Positions 53,924-63,659 of a stretch of 64,000 bases of DNA are shown piece by piece. The notes below the pieces were generated by a model. It did no database searches. It was not told where the DNA came from and saw only the letters and a list, made by a program, of their open reading frames with translations. This stretch comes from Microcoleus sp. (GTDB lineage: Bacteria; Cyanobacteriota; Cyanobacteriia; Cyanobacteriales; Microcoleaceae). Made by a program: the position numbers and the translations under genes. Numbering within the stretch: the stretch's first letter is position 1; every line of letters begins with the position of its first letter. The stretch spans positions 3,712,001 through 3,776,000 of the forward strand of contig CP181291.1 in NCBI GenBank assembly GCA_052279835.1, in the 5' to 3' direction.

Positions 53924-54544
53924 TCAGACCAATATCTCAGAAGCGAAATCCTGACGCTTGACAAATCTAAAAGGGCCCATTAGAGCTCCCCAAATAGCCT
54001 TGCCTGTTTTGGGGTCTATTCCCTTGTCATAGCTGAGAAATTCTGTGGCGGCGGCTTCAAATCCCAAGTCTACTTGGTAATTTTGCCCTCCGTAGGCAAA
54101 GCAGCATGGAGTACCCACGGGCAAAGATGCCCGAAACCGATAACGGTTGGGGCCTAAATTTTGCACCGCAACTGAAAGGGTACAGCCTGGAAGGAGTTGG
54201 ATTTCCTCCCGATTTACTTTTCCTAGTAAGTCTGGGTTGCGACCAGCTCCTTTGATGGCTTCAATATCCTTGAACATATAATACTGAGCTTCTAGCAGTC
54301 CTGGCGCTGTCTGTGATTGCCTCAGTTGCACGATGCGGGGACGGTATGGTTTGTCTAATTCCAGAATGTTGGCTTGTTCTGCAAACAGGGCAATGCTGGG
54401 TTCGGAAAATAGAGCAACGGGTACTGGTCTTTGCCAAAAACGAAGATGCACGTACCATACCGGCTCGGCAAGTGCTTGTTCCCGATTGTCAAAATCGCCA
54501 GCCATGTATGTGGCTAAAGCGATTAATTCTGGAGAGAGTGTCAT
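53924..54544 (-). CDS. cpcT: Phycobiliprotein chromophore lyase CpcT/CpeT family
   Basis: MAGDFDNREQA..PYRPR..SYDKG.D..WG. Confidence 0.85.
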   Translation of the reverse strand: MTLSPELIALATYMAGDFDNREQALAEPVWYVHLRFWQRPVPVALFSEPSIALFAEQANILELDKPYRPRIVQLRQSQTAPGLLEAQYYMFKDIEAIKGAGRNPDLLGKVNREEIQLLPGCTLSVAVQNLGPNRYRFRASLPVGTPCCFAYGGQNYQVDLGFEAAATEFLSYDKGIDPKTGKAIWGALMGPFRFVKRQDFASEILV

Positions 54545-54958
54545 AGGATTCTAGATTGGAGATTGAGGATTGAGGATTTGGTCGCGCAGGTGAATCTAGC
54601 GGCTGGGGATCAAATTCCTTGATGGCGATCGCCATCGTACATATTAGACCTTTTCGCTTGACATTAAGACTTGATTGTGCAATCCCAAAGCAAATTTGAA
54701 GTAATCAGAATATTAAGTTTGTTAACGATTCCAGCTAAGATATAATTGTACAAAAGCCCCTAAGAAAATTAGGAAAATATGTAAGTCAGCGCCTGTAGTT
54801 GATTTATCCGGTCAGGTTTTGGCTTCGGTACTGGCGATACCGATGTTAAAAAAAATGGCACTTTTTGTCAGCCCGATCGCACGCAGTTCCAATTCCCGAC
54901 TTTACTCATGCCGCTGAGCACGCTGGCTACGGCAAAATTATTAGATATTAAGACTCAG

Positions 54959-55678
54959 GTGAACAAGAACCGTACTGTTTCAGATACTAAGCGAAGTTTC
55001 TATACGATTCACACTCGGCCGATCAATTCTATTTACCGTCGAGTGGTGGAAGAGTTGATGGTAGAAATGCACTTGCTTTCGGCAAATGCCGATTTTCACT
55101 ACGACTCAATCTATGCTTTGGGTGTGGTGACAGCATTTAATCGATTCATGTTGGGATACGTCCCAGAACAAGACAAGGATTCAATTTTTAACGGTTTGTG
55201 CAAAGCTGTAGAGGATGACCCCGATCGCTATAAGCAGGATGCTGACAGACTCGAAAGCTTGGCCCAAAGACTTTCGGGTAGTGAGTTGCTTTCATGGTTC
55301 GCTCGCTCAACCAGTTTTGAGGATACAGGAGATTTGCAAGGGTGTTTAGAGGCGATCGCCAATAACCCTCAATTTAAGTACAGTCGCTTATTCGCGATCG
55401 GCTTATTCTCCATGTTAGAAAAAGCTGACCCCAACTTGGTCAAAGACCAAGCAACCCTCAACGATACACTCAAAAAAGTCTGTGGGGGGTTGCATTTACC
55501 CGAAGACAAAGTTAGCAAAGATTTGGACTTGTACCGCAGCAACTTGGAAAAAATGGCTCAAGCACGAATCGTGCTCGAAGATGTAATCCAAGCAGAACGG
55601 AAAAAACGGGAAAAACGCGATCTAGCCAATCAAACCAGTCCTAACCCATCCCTAGACTCAACTGAAAGCACAAATTAA
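54959..55678 (+). CDS. psb29: Photosystem II biogenesis protein Psb29/Thf1
   Basis: RTVSDTKR.FY..RPINSIYRRVVEELMVEMHLL, FKYSRLFAIGL, KDLDLYRSNLEK. Confidence 0.95.
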   Translation: MNKNRTVSDTKRSFYTIHTRPINSIYRRVVEELMVEMHLLSANADFHYDSIYALGVVTAFNRFMLGYVPEQDKDSIFNGLCKAVEDDPDRYKQDADRLESLAQRLSGSELLSWFARSTSFEDTGDLQGCLEAIANNPQFKYSRLFAIGLFSMLEKADPNLVKDQATLNDTLKKVCGGLHLPEDKVSKDLDLYRSNLEKMAQARIVLEDVIQAERKKREKRDLANQTSPNPSLDSTESTN

Positions 55679-55780
55679 CGATTTTTGCAATAGAAATAGC
55701 CTTTTTGAGACAGACAGGCTAGAATTTAGATATCCGACTTTTTCAAGAGGTCGGATATTTTGATATTAGAACTAATTTAG

Positions 55781-56320
55781 CTAAGGTTGTTGCTCAAAAT
55801 TAGTAGCATTCGCCTGCAACAAATTGCTTAAGCTGGAGATAACTTCATTTCCAGAAGACTGCTTAGCCAAAGCTGTCGGGTTGACAGGTTCTGGTCTGTC
55901 CAAGTTACGGGCGATCGCTGCATTGACTTCTTTAGAAATCAATTCATGAAGTTGCTCTTTAGCCCTAGCCCTTTGAAAGTGAGCTCCTTCTTCAGTCGTA
56001 GCGTAAAGAGGCGGCAATCTATTTAAAGCATAAGCCGCAATATCTCCCACATCAAGAGTCTGGTCGCTAGTGGCCTCAATTTCAGCAACCCTGGCGATCG
56101 CATCACTAAGCACCAACTCTTCCATCACATTGATGAACTGTTTGCGAGGAAGAACCACAACCTCCCCAGTCAATAAAGCTCCCATCAAACGATCGAGAGC
56201 CATATACTCTTCGATCGACAATTCGGAAGCCGTATTGCAAATTCGTCCTACTTCAGCTTCCATAGACGGCGTTAAATAGCCATCCTGCAAAGCTTGTTCA
56301 ACAATTTTTTCAATACTCAT
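55781..56320 (-). CDS. ComFB-domain (late competence development) family protein
   Basis: NVMEELV..DIAAYALNRLPPLYAT. Confidence 0.85.
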   Translation of the reverse strand: MSIEKIVEQALQDGYLTPSMEAEVGRICNTASELSIEEYMALDRLMGALLTGEVVVLPRKQFINVMEELVLSDAIARVAEIEATSDQTLDVGDIAAYALNRLPPLYATTEEGAHFQRARAKEQLHELISKEVNAAIARNLDRPEPVNPTALAKQSSGNEVISSLSNLLQANATNFEQQP

Positions 56321-56531
56321 ATATGCTTCCCGCTCAACGGCATCATCAATAAAGTTTTGTGAAGACGCAATTACTGGCGTCTGGAGATTGGAATTTGGAG
56401 CCGGTCGTTGAGAATTTTTGTAAAAATTCTAACTTAACACTTATAACTTAACTTACAAGTGCGATCGGCACGCCCCAGCCACAAACTTACCCCATAATGA
56501 CTGGTAAATTCATCAAAGTCTGGAAAAATTA

Positions 56532-57383
56532 TTACTCAATTCCCTGAAGTCGCCAAGGTACCGGATCGATCGACTGCCCGTTTACATACAGTCCCCAGTG
56601 CAGGTGAGGACCTGTGGAAGCCCCCGTGGAACCCAAAGCGCCAATTACTTGACCAGGCTTCACGAAATCGCCTTCCTGGACATCAATGCGGCTCAGGTGC
56701 ATCAAAATACTGGCCAACCCTTGACCGTGGTCAATACCAACTACATTGCCATGGATTTTGAACCCTTGAGATTCGCGTCCCACCAGAGAAACCCGACCAG
56801 CAGCCGGTGCGATGACAGGAGAACCATAAGCACCTGCATAATCAACCCCTCGATGGTAGTAGTCTTCGGCAAACACCCCATTATAGTATCGGCGCACCCC
56901 GTAAACAGTAGTAATTTCGCCAGAATTAGGTCGCAACAGGGGGCCATTCCAAAACTTTTGGGGTGTCACCAGTGCTTTAAACGCATCTACGCGATCGAAT
57001 TCGGCATCAGTACCTTCACTGTCTTTCCCTGGTGGTAGCGTGATAGATTGAGTCGGAAAATTGCGATCGCGCACTTGTACGCTCAAGTTTTGCACCTTTC
57101 CGTCACCAGTGACTTTGATTTGGCGAGCACCGGCTTTCTCCAGGGGTGTAGTAGGTAGCAGAGCCCGAAAGCGGTTGTTACCCATCGGAAAAGCTGGGTA
57201 ATTTTTCTGTTGTAGAGAAACCGTTGGAGTTTCCCCAGGGCTACCATCTACCTGAATCATTACTGACAGGGTATCTCCCAGTTGGGGATTTTGTGGAGTG
57301 ACAACTACCTGCAAAGCTTGTACCGGCGATCCCAAACTGAGAATGCTAGCAACAATTGGGCCACTCAAACTCGCTCTTTTCAT
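56532..57383 (-). CDS. M23 family metallopeptidase
   Basis: HRGVDY, IDHGQG, TGPHLHW; signal peptide. Confidence 0.9.
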   Translation of the reverse strand: MKRASLSGPIVASILSLGSPVQALQVVVTPQNPQLGDTLSVMIQVDGSPGETPTVSLQQKNYPAFPMGNNRFRALLPTTPLEKAGARQIKVTGDGKVQNLSVQVRDRNFPTQSITLPPGKDSEGTDAEFDRVDAFKALVTPQKFWNGPLLRPNSGEITTVYGVRRYYNGVFAEDYYHRGVDYAGAYGSPVIAPAAGRVSLVGRESQGFKIHGNVVGIDHGQGLASILMHLSRIDVQEGDFVKPGQVIGALGSTGASTGPHLHWGLYVNGQSIDPVPWRLQGIE

Positions 57384-57543
57384 ACTTGTTCTCAACATAT
57401 AGTAATCCCAAATCCTTTGTGAATTTCTTACTCCCACACATTAATAAAGTCCCGGTTGGGGTGGGGTAAAAAAATTTACTACTAATTAAAAATACAAAAT
57501 AATTTGGCAAAATAGACAAAATCACCAAACATTCCCCAAACCC

Positions 57544-58336
57544 ATGAATCATAACTCTGACAGCAACTCCCCGTTAGACGATTTCATGAAATCCCTGGGC
57601 CTTGACACCCATCAACCAAACAACATCGAACATTCTCACAACAACTTACACGACAGCAGCCAACTCCACAACCTCAACCACCCAGTAACATCAGACATCA
57701 TCCACAACGATTGGGCTGACAATTTGCACAATTTCAACCAGCAACATCACCAAAGCGACTGGACTCACAGCCACGACATTCACCACACAGATAATCCTTG
57801 GCAAAATCCCGAAACCGGATTCCCAACCGGAATATCAGCAACCGCCAGCGATTGGACAGATAATTCCCAAAATTTCCACCAACAACATCACCAAAGTGAC
57901 TGGACTCACAGCCACGACATTCACCACCAAAATACTCACGAACACCATGCCGAAACCGGATTTACAACATCCACAAATCATCACGACAACCACACAAATG
58001 TAGCGCCCCACATCGTCAATTCCTCCTATTCTAATTCAGGAGACGGCCCATTCATTCACATAGACCGCAGCGGCGACGTGCACCTACACAAACTCGACGG
58101 AACCACACAAATAGTAGGGTCACGTACACGGGCGAGATTTCTACAACTCAGCCAGCGAACATATCGGATATCTCAGTAAAAACGGACACATTTGTCGGTG
58201 GGCTGATGACACTTCCGTAGGACGAGTAGAATCAGGACACATTTATCGAGAAAATGGCAAAGAAGTCGGTAGAGCCGATACCGATTTAGAAGGTGCAGCC
58301 CATATGTTATTTGCCGTTCGCGGCGGCACTTACTAA
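57544..58336 (+). CDS. His-rich repeat protein with beta-rich C-terminus, +1 frameshift at 58117-58119
   Basis: 47-aa internal duplication; removing one G extends the frame (VGHVHGRDFYN..IGY..EVGRA..AAHMLFAVRGGTY*) to 58336. Confidence 0.65.
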
Positions 58337-58452
58337 TCTTTGTATTCAAGTAGTTTGCGGTAGTTACAAAATATTTCAACAATTGGAATCGGAACAATAT
58401 CTTTTGTAGTAAGGACTTAAGTCCTTTCTAACTGGCTAACTGGTAACTGGTT

Positions 58453-58964
58453 AACTGGTTCCCAGGCTCTGCCTGGGAATCCATATCTAGAGGCTCTGCC
58501 TCCCGAATCTCCAGAAACCTGGTTTTTCGCAAAATCTATGTATCAAACCCCAAATCTCAAAAAAACCCGGTTTCTAAACCCCCGCAAATAACCCCCAATT
58601 CACCTACCCAAAGGAACACAAAAATGACCAAAGCATTACCAGGCAAAAAAGGATGGCTAGCCCAAATTGGCGATTTCGCTAAAGCTGTATTCATGCCGAC
58701 AGTATACCAACTGGTTCCCAGGCTCTGTCTGGGAACCCATATCTAGAGGCTCTGCCTCCCAAATCTCCAGAAACCGGGTTTTTCGCAAAATCTACGACTC
58801 AAACCGTAAATCTCAAAAAAACCCGGTTTCTTTCACCCCGCAAATAACTCCCAATTCACCTACCCAAAGGAACAAACAAATGACAAAAGCACTACCAGGA
58901 AAAAAAGGATGGCTAGCCCAAATTGGCGATTTCGCTAAAGCTGTATTCATGCCCACAGTTTATA
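58453..58964 (+). repeat. 256-bp imperfect tandem duplication covering the upstream region and first 28 codons of the DGR target gene
   Basis: Copies start at 58453 and 58709; ATGs at 58624 and 58880. Confidence 0.9.
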
Positions 58965-61825
58965 ACGCAGACCGCATTTCCGAAACCCAAGCCAGAAACA
59001 CAGACATAACAATTCAAACCAACAAAGAAATCGAAGCAAGCAGGCAAGAACTCCGCCAAAAAGAACTCGTACTACAAGAATTTCAAAGACAAGCCAACCT
59101 CACTTTTCAAGCCGAAGAAGGCAATCTCAACCGCTCCTTACAATCAGAACTAGCAAGACTCAACCGCGAATCCCAAACCCAAGAAGGAATGTTAAACCGT
59201 CAAATGCAAGAACAACTTGCAAAAATCAACCGCGAATTTCAAGCCAACGAAGGCAAACTCAATCGCGAACACCAAATCCAACTAGAAATATTTAGAGGCG
59301 AACTCCAAAAATGGTGCATCGAACAGCAAAAAGAACTGCAACTACACCTCAAAAACCTCGACGCTCAACTCGCCCGCGAACTCCGAATTTATGACCGACA
59401 AAGTAGCATCGAAGCTATTCAAGAACAGAAAAGACAAAACAACTCTCCCATCTGGTTAATTGCCCAAGATATTGTCAACTCCAATCCCGCTCAAAATCCC
59501 ATACCCCTGCGAGTTTTTCTCTCACCTCCCAGCCTGCAATTCGACCGTTCCGGCGATAGTAATGATAGCGCCAAAGGCTTTCCAGATATGGAAAAATTTC
59601 TGGGAATTTACCTGCAACAATTCTTTGAAAAATATTCCGCCCAAGGAAGACCAATCGAATTTTTATCTGGTGCTTGGACGAGCAAATTTTTTCACAGCCA
59701 AGCAGCCACAAAAACCATGTTTAACGGCTTAAAAACCGAGCCGACATTAATTTTAGAATCCGTTGCGGAAGGCGATATTTTCAACCTCAACTTTGGTTAT
59801 TGGGGTTTGAATTGGGCAACTTATCGTTACAAATCACCGATTCCCATGCTACCTTGGCGCGAGGTACTTTTTGACTTTGCTAAAGACAGGGCTTTGCAGT
59901 GGCAAGCTCAGCGACAAGCCTACATTGCTCAGGGTAATAGCGCTGAAAAATTTGATAAAGTTTTAGGTAATGAAGCTGTTAATAGTTTCTTGCACAACCT
60001 CGAAATTATTGACAATGAACGGATGTGCGAAGCAATGGGAATTGACCCCACCGACAGCCCGCGTCCCTACAGCATTCACAAAAAAGATTATGAAAGATTT
60101 CAGCAATTTATCGGTGTTTGTCACTGTTTAATTGCCGGATTGCTGGCGGATGAATACTTTTTTCTGCACGTCTCCTCAGAAGTGCGGCAGCGGCCTCTAT
60201 TGCCTCAATTACTACCTGATTTGCTGCGAGATATGCCCTCGGAGGAACAGGAACAATTAGTAGAAATAGCGATTAATTTCTACGAAATGTTGTATAATAT
60301 TATTGGCGAATCAGAATCGGCATGGATTCCTGAACTGAAGTTAGATTTAGCTGAAGGTTTGCTGGATTTGCCGGATAAGCGTTGGGCGGCGACACAAATT
60401 TTTGAGTCGGTGAAAGCTTGGCTGAAATTGCGCGGTTTGTCGGTACCGGAAGGAAACAAGGAAATTTTGGATGCCCTCGATGCGGCTTTGACAATTAATG
60501 ATTTGGAATATGCTGGAAAACTGAATAGCTGTTTGGTGATTGTGGGCAAAACTCGCCAATTTAGCGTCATTGAATCTTGTTACAACCGAGCGATTGGGCG
60601 CTGCAAACAGGAAAACTATGCAGCGGCAATTGTGGATTTCAATCAAGTGCTGCAACTGAATCCTAATTTTGCTAAGGCTAATTTCAATCGGGGATTAGCC
60701 TATGCTAAATTGGAGCAGTATCGGGCGGCGATTGAAGATTACACTCAATATTTGCGGCTGGACCCCAACAATGCTGATACTTGGAACAATCGAGGTAATG
60801 CTTATTACAAGTTGAGAGAATACGAGCAGGCAATTTCTGATTACAATCAAGCCTTAAATCTCAATCCAAATTTGTCGAGTGTAGCGCACAATCGCGATGT
60901 GGCTCAAGGTGTTTGGGATGAGAAAAAATGGTTGCGGCAACAAGAAGAAGAGAAACAGCAGCTTCAGGCTGAACAAGAACGTCAGCGGAAATTAGCAGCA
61001 GAACAAAAACGTCGGGCTGAAAAGGAATCTAAGGGGAAAGAATTTCAGTTCGAGATTGTTACTGTTAACAATCGAGGACAAGAAGTTAGCTATAAATCGG
61101 GGAAATCTTATCAGAAAGTTGCAGATTTGGGCAACGGGGTAAATTTGGAAATGGTTTATATCCCTGGTGGTAGCTTCCAGATGGGTTCATCTGAAAATAG
61201 TTCGGAACAACCAGTGCATCAAGTGACTGTACAACCTTTTTATCTAGGCAAATATCCGATTACTCAAGCACAGTGGGAAGCGGTGATGGGAAATAACCCA
61301 TCTAATTTCAAAGGTGCGAAACGTCCTGTGGAACAGGTAAGTTGGGATGAGGCTGTGGAATTCTGCCGCAAACTTTCTGAAAAAACAGGCAAGACTTATC
61401 GCTTACCATCGGAAGCGGAATGGGAATATGCTTGTCGCGCCGGAACTACAACACCTTTCTATTTTGGTGACACAATTACGCCAGATTTAGTTAATTATGA
61501 TGGCAATAATCCCTACGGTGCTGCGCCGAAGGGACTTTACCGTCAACAAACAACGGATGTGGGGAGTTTTCCGCCGAATTCCTTTGGTTTATACGATATG
61601 CACGGCAATGTTTGGGAATGGTGCAGCGATAAATATCATGGTAATTATAGTGGCGCACCGACTGACGGAAGTTCTTGGGAAACTGGAACGGATAATAACC
61701 GAGTGCTGCGTGGCGGCTCCTGGAGCAGCATTGCGGTCTATTGCCGTAGTGCCAATCGTGTCAGGATTTCGGCGGGCAATCGTAGCTCGAACTTCGGTTT
61801 TCGCGTAGCTCTGGTTTCCGCGTAG
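58880..61825 (+). CDS. DGR target protein: coiled-coil/helical N-terminus, TPR repeats, C-terminal FGE-sulfatase (C-type lectin fold) domain
   Basis: F.MGS, YPITQAQW, RLPSEAEWEYACRAG, NSFGLYDMHGNVWEW, RGGSW..GFRV; VR at the 3' end; start chosen at MTKALPG after an AAGGA RBS. Confidence 0.92.
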   Translation: MTKALPGKKGWLAQIGDFAKAVFMPTVYNADRISETQARNTDITIQTNKEIEASRQELRQKELVLQEFQRQANLTFQAEEGNLNRSLQSELARLNRESQTQEGMLNRQMQEQLAKINREFQANEGKLNREHQIQLEIFRGELQKWCIEQQKELQLHLKNLDAQLARELRIYDRQSSIEAIQEQKRQNNSPIWLIAQDIVNSNPAQNPIPLRVFLSPPSLQFDRSGDSNDSAKGFPDMEKFLGIYLQQFFEKYSAQGRPIEFLSGAWTSKFFHSQAATKTMFNGLKTEPTLILESVAEGDIFNLNFGYWGLNWATYRYKSPIPMLPWREVLFDFAKDRALQWQAQRQAYIAQGNSAEKFDKVLGNEAVNSFLHNLEIIDNERMCEAMGIDPTDSPRPYSIHKKDYERFQQFIGVCHCLIAGLLADEYFFLHVSSEVRQRPLLPQLLPDLLRDMPSEEQEQLVEIAINFYEMLYNIIGESESAWIPELKLDLAEGLLDLPDKRWAATQIFESVKAWLKLRGLSVPEGNKEILDALDAALTINDLEYAGKLNSCLVIVGKTRQFSVIESCYNRAIGRCKQENYAAAIVDFNQVLQLNPNFAKANFNRGLAYAKLEQYRAAIEDYTQYLRLDPNNADTWNNRGNAYYKLREYEQAISDYNQALNLNPNLSSVAHNRDVAQGVWDEKKWLRQQEEEKQQLQAEQERQRKLAAEQKRRAEKESKGKEFQFEIVTVNNRGQEVSYKSGKSYQKVADLGNGVNLEMVYIPGGSFQMGSSENSSEQPVHQVTVQPFYLGKYPITQAQWEAVMGNNPSNFKGAKRPVEQVSWDEAVEFCRKLSEKTGKTYRLPSEAEWEYACRAGTTTPFYFGDTITPDLVNYDGNNPYGAAPKGLYRQQTTDVGSFPPNSFGLYDMHGNVWEWCSDKYHGNYSGAPTDGSSWETGTDNNRVLRGGSWSSIAVYCRSANRVRISAGNRSSNFGFRVALVSA

Positions 61826-61871
61826 TCTCCGGTTTTTGGTTCTGTGCTGTAGTCTCCCGCGAGGACTCTTC
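61699..61871 (+). repeat. DGR variable repeat (VR) + IMH
   Basis: 173-bp match to 62244-62416; 10 mismatches, all at TR adenines, plus one C/G difference near the 3' end. Confidence 0.95.
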
Positions 61872-61921
61872 TCTGCTCTTTTGCCCTTTTGCTCTTTTCC
61901 CTCTTTCCTCTTTACCCTTTT

Positions 61922-61937
61922 GCGCGCGTCAGCGCGC
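61922..61937 (+). other. GC hairpin downstream of IMH (candidate DGR target-recognition stem-loop)
   Basis: GCGCGC-GTCA-GCGCGC after a pyrimidine-rich tract; absent after TR. Confidence 0.6.
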
Positions 61938-62243
61938 TTGAAAAATTTTTTTTGGGAAAATGAGTTACGCATAGGGACTAAAGAAACCGGGTTTTTCCAC
62001 AAAATTTAAGGTTTGAACCAAATATTTGGGCAAAAACCCGGTTTCTGATTCTCGCACGAGGATGAAAGAAACCGGGTTTTTCGGGAGATTGAGGGTTGGA
62101 ATTGAATATTGTGGAAAAAACCGGGTTTCTGAGCCTTGCGTAAACTTTTTTTACGTTTGAGTTAAGTAGCGATTTTTTTGAGATTATTAATTAGTATCCA
62201 TTTTTCTCGTGTAAGCGAGAGGGTGGAGAAGGGACAGGCACTT

Positions 62244-62416
62244 CCGAGTGCAGCGTGGCGGCTCCTGGAACAACAATGCGGTCAATTGCCGTAGTGCCAA
62301 TCGTAACAGGAATTCGGCGGGCAATCGTAACTCGAACATCGGTTTTCGCGTAGCTCTGGTTTCCGCGTAGTCTCCGGTTTTTGGTTCTGTGCTGTAGTCT
62401 CCCGCGAGCACTCTTC
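62244..62416 (+). ncRNA. DGR template repeat (TR) + IMH*
   Basis: Non-coding, AAC/AAT-rich copy of VR (would read RVQRGGSWNNNAVNCRSANRNRNSAGNRNSNIGFRV). Confidence 0.95.
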
Positions 62417-62564
62417 GCTATCAGAACTAGCAGATGGGAATTTGTTAGGCGTGTAAGAAGAGTCCAGACCTGTTCCCGTGATGAAAGCAATTTTATCCGA
62501 ATATAAAACCGAATCGGGGAGCTTGGTAGGAATTCCGAACAGTTTCCCGATTTACAAGTTTTTT

Positions 62565-63149
62565 GATTTACAATTATTAAAATACCCGGCGGTTGAAACC
62601 GCGGCTACACAGACGAAACCCGCCTGCGCGGGTTAGGATTTTCATGAATCAATTGCCGATTCCCGATTTACAATTAAAATACCCGGCGGTTGAAACCGCG
62701 GCTACACAGACGAAACCCGCCTGCGCGGGTTAAGATTTTCATGAATCAATTGCCGATTCCCGATTTACAATTAAAATACCCGGCGGTTGAAACCGCGGCT
62801 ACACAGACGAAACCCGCCTGCGCGGGTTAAGATTTTCATGAATCAATTGCCGATTCCCGATTTACAATTAAGATACCCGGCGGTTGAAACCGCGGCTACA
62901 CAGACAAAACCCGCCTGCGCGGGTTAAGATTTTCATGAATCAATTGCCGATTCCCGATTTACAATTAAGATACCCGGCGGTTGAAACCGCGGCTACACAG
63001 ACAAAACCCGCCTGCGCGGGTTAAGATTTTCATGAATCAATTGCCGATTCCCGATTTACAATTATTAAAATACCCGGCGGTTGAAACCGCGGCTACACAG
63101 ACAAAACCCGCCTGCGCGGGTTAAGATTTTCATGAATCAATTGCCGATT
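62565..63149 (+). repeat. Six tandem ~97-bp units, each with two hairpins and the avd start codons
   Basis: TACCCGGC recurs at 62583, 62680, 62777, 62874, 62971, 63071. Confidence 0.95.
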
Positions 63150-63473
63150 ATTCAAAAAACCTATGACTTGATTAAATGGTATGTTCCCATTTTAAACAGA
63201 CTGCCAAGAGATTACAAGTTTACTCTAGGCAATAGAATTATTGAGGGAATGTACGATTTTCTAGAAGGCTTAATTATCGCCCGTTATGCCTCGGACAAAC
63301 TATCCCTGTTGACAACCTTAAATGCTAAACTAGATATCTTGCGCCATCAAACTAGATTGCTAGTAGATTTTGATGTCATGTCAACAGAACGTTACGAATA
63401 TGTCGGAAAATTATTCAATGAAATCGGCGCGGAACTTGGCGGCTGGATTAAACAGCAGCGACAAAAGAAATAA
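63132..63473 (+). CDS. avd: DGR accessory variability determinant (Avd, four-helix bundle)
   Basis: LPIIQKTYDLIKW..LPRDYKFTLGNRI..EIG.ELGGW; lies between TR and RT. Confidence 0.92.
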   Translation: MNQLPIIQKTYDLIKWYVPILNRLPRDYKFTLGNRIIEGMYDFLEGLIIARYASDKLSLLTTLNAKLDILRHQTRLLVDFDVMSTERYEYVGKLFNEIGAELGGWIKQQRQKK

Positions 63474-63659
63474 CATTAAAAATAATGGCATAAATCTTAG
63501 ATCCCCCTCGCATTTCCCACCTGCCCCTAGCCCCCCAAGGGGGGAAAAGGAACGGAAAAAAAAGGGGGACTTTGAGAAGATTCTTGTCCCCCCCTTATTA
63601 AGGGTGGCTAGGGGGGATCTAGCATTTGCAGCAAACATTAAAGCAATTGATATAAAGCC

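Noticed and set aside
58667..58879. N-terminal extension of the DGR target given by the ORF track
   Set aside because: It runs through REP-like repeats and the duplicated upstream region; the ATG at 58880 has an RBS and is mirrored by the duplicate at 58624
61589..62490. Two similar minus-strand ORFs (61589-62002, 62191-62490)
   Set aside because: They are antisense shadows of VR and TR, not genes
62565..63149. CRISPR array (units contain GTTGAAAC and hairpins)
   Set aside because: Units are near-identical over their whole 97 bp with no unique spacers, and no cas genes are in the window
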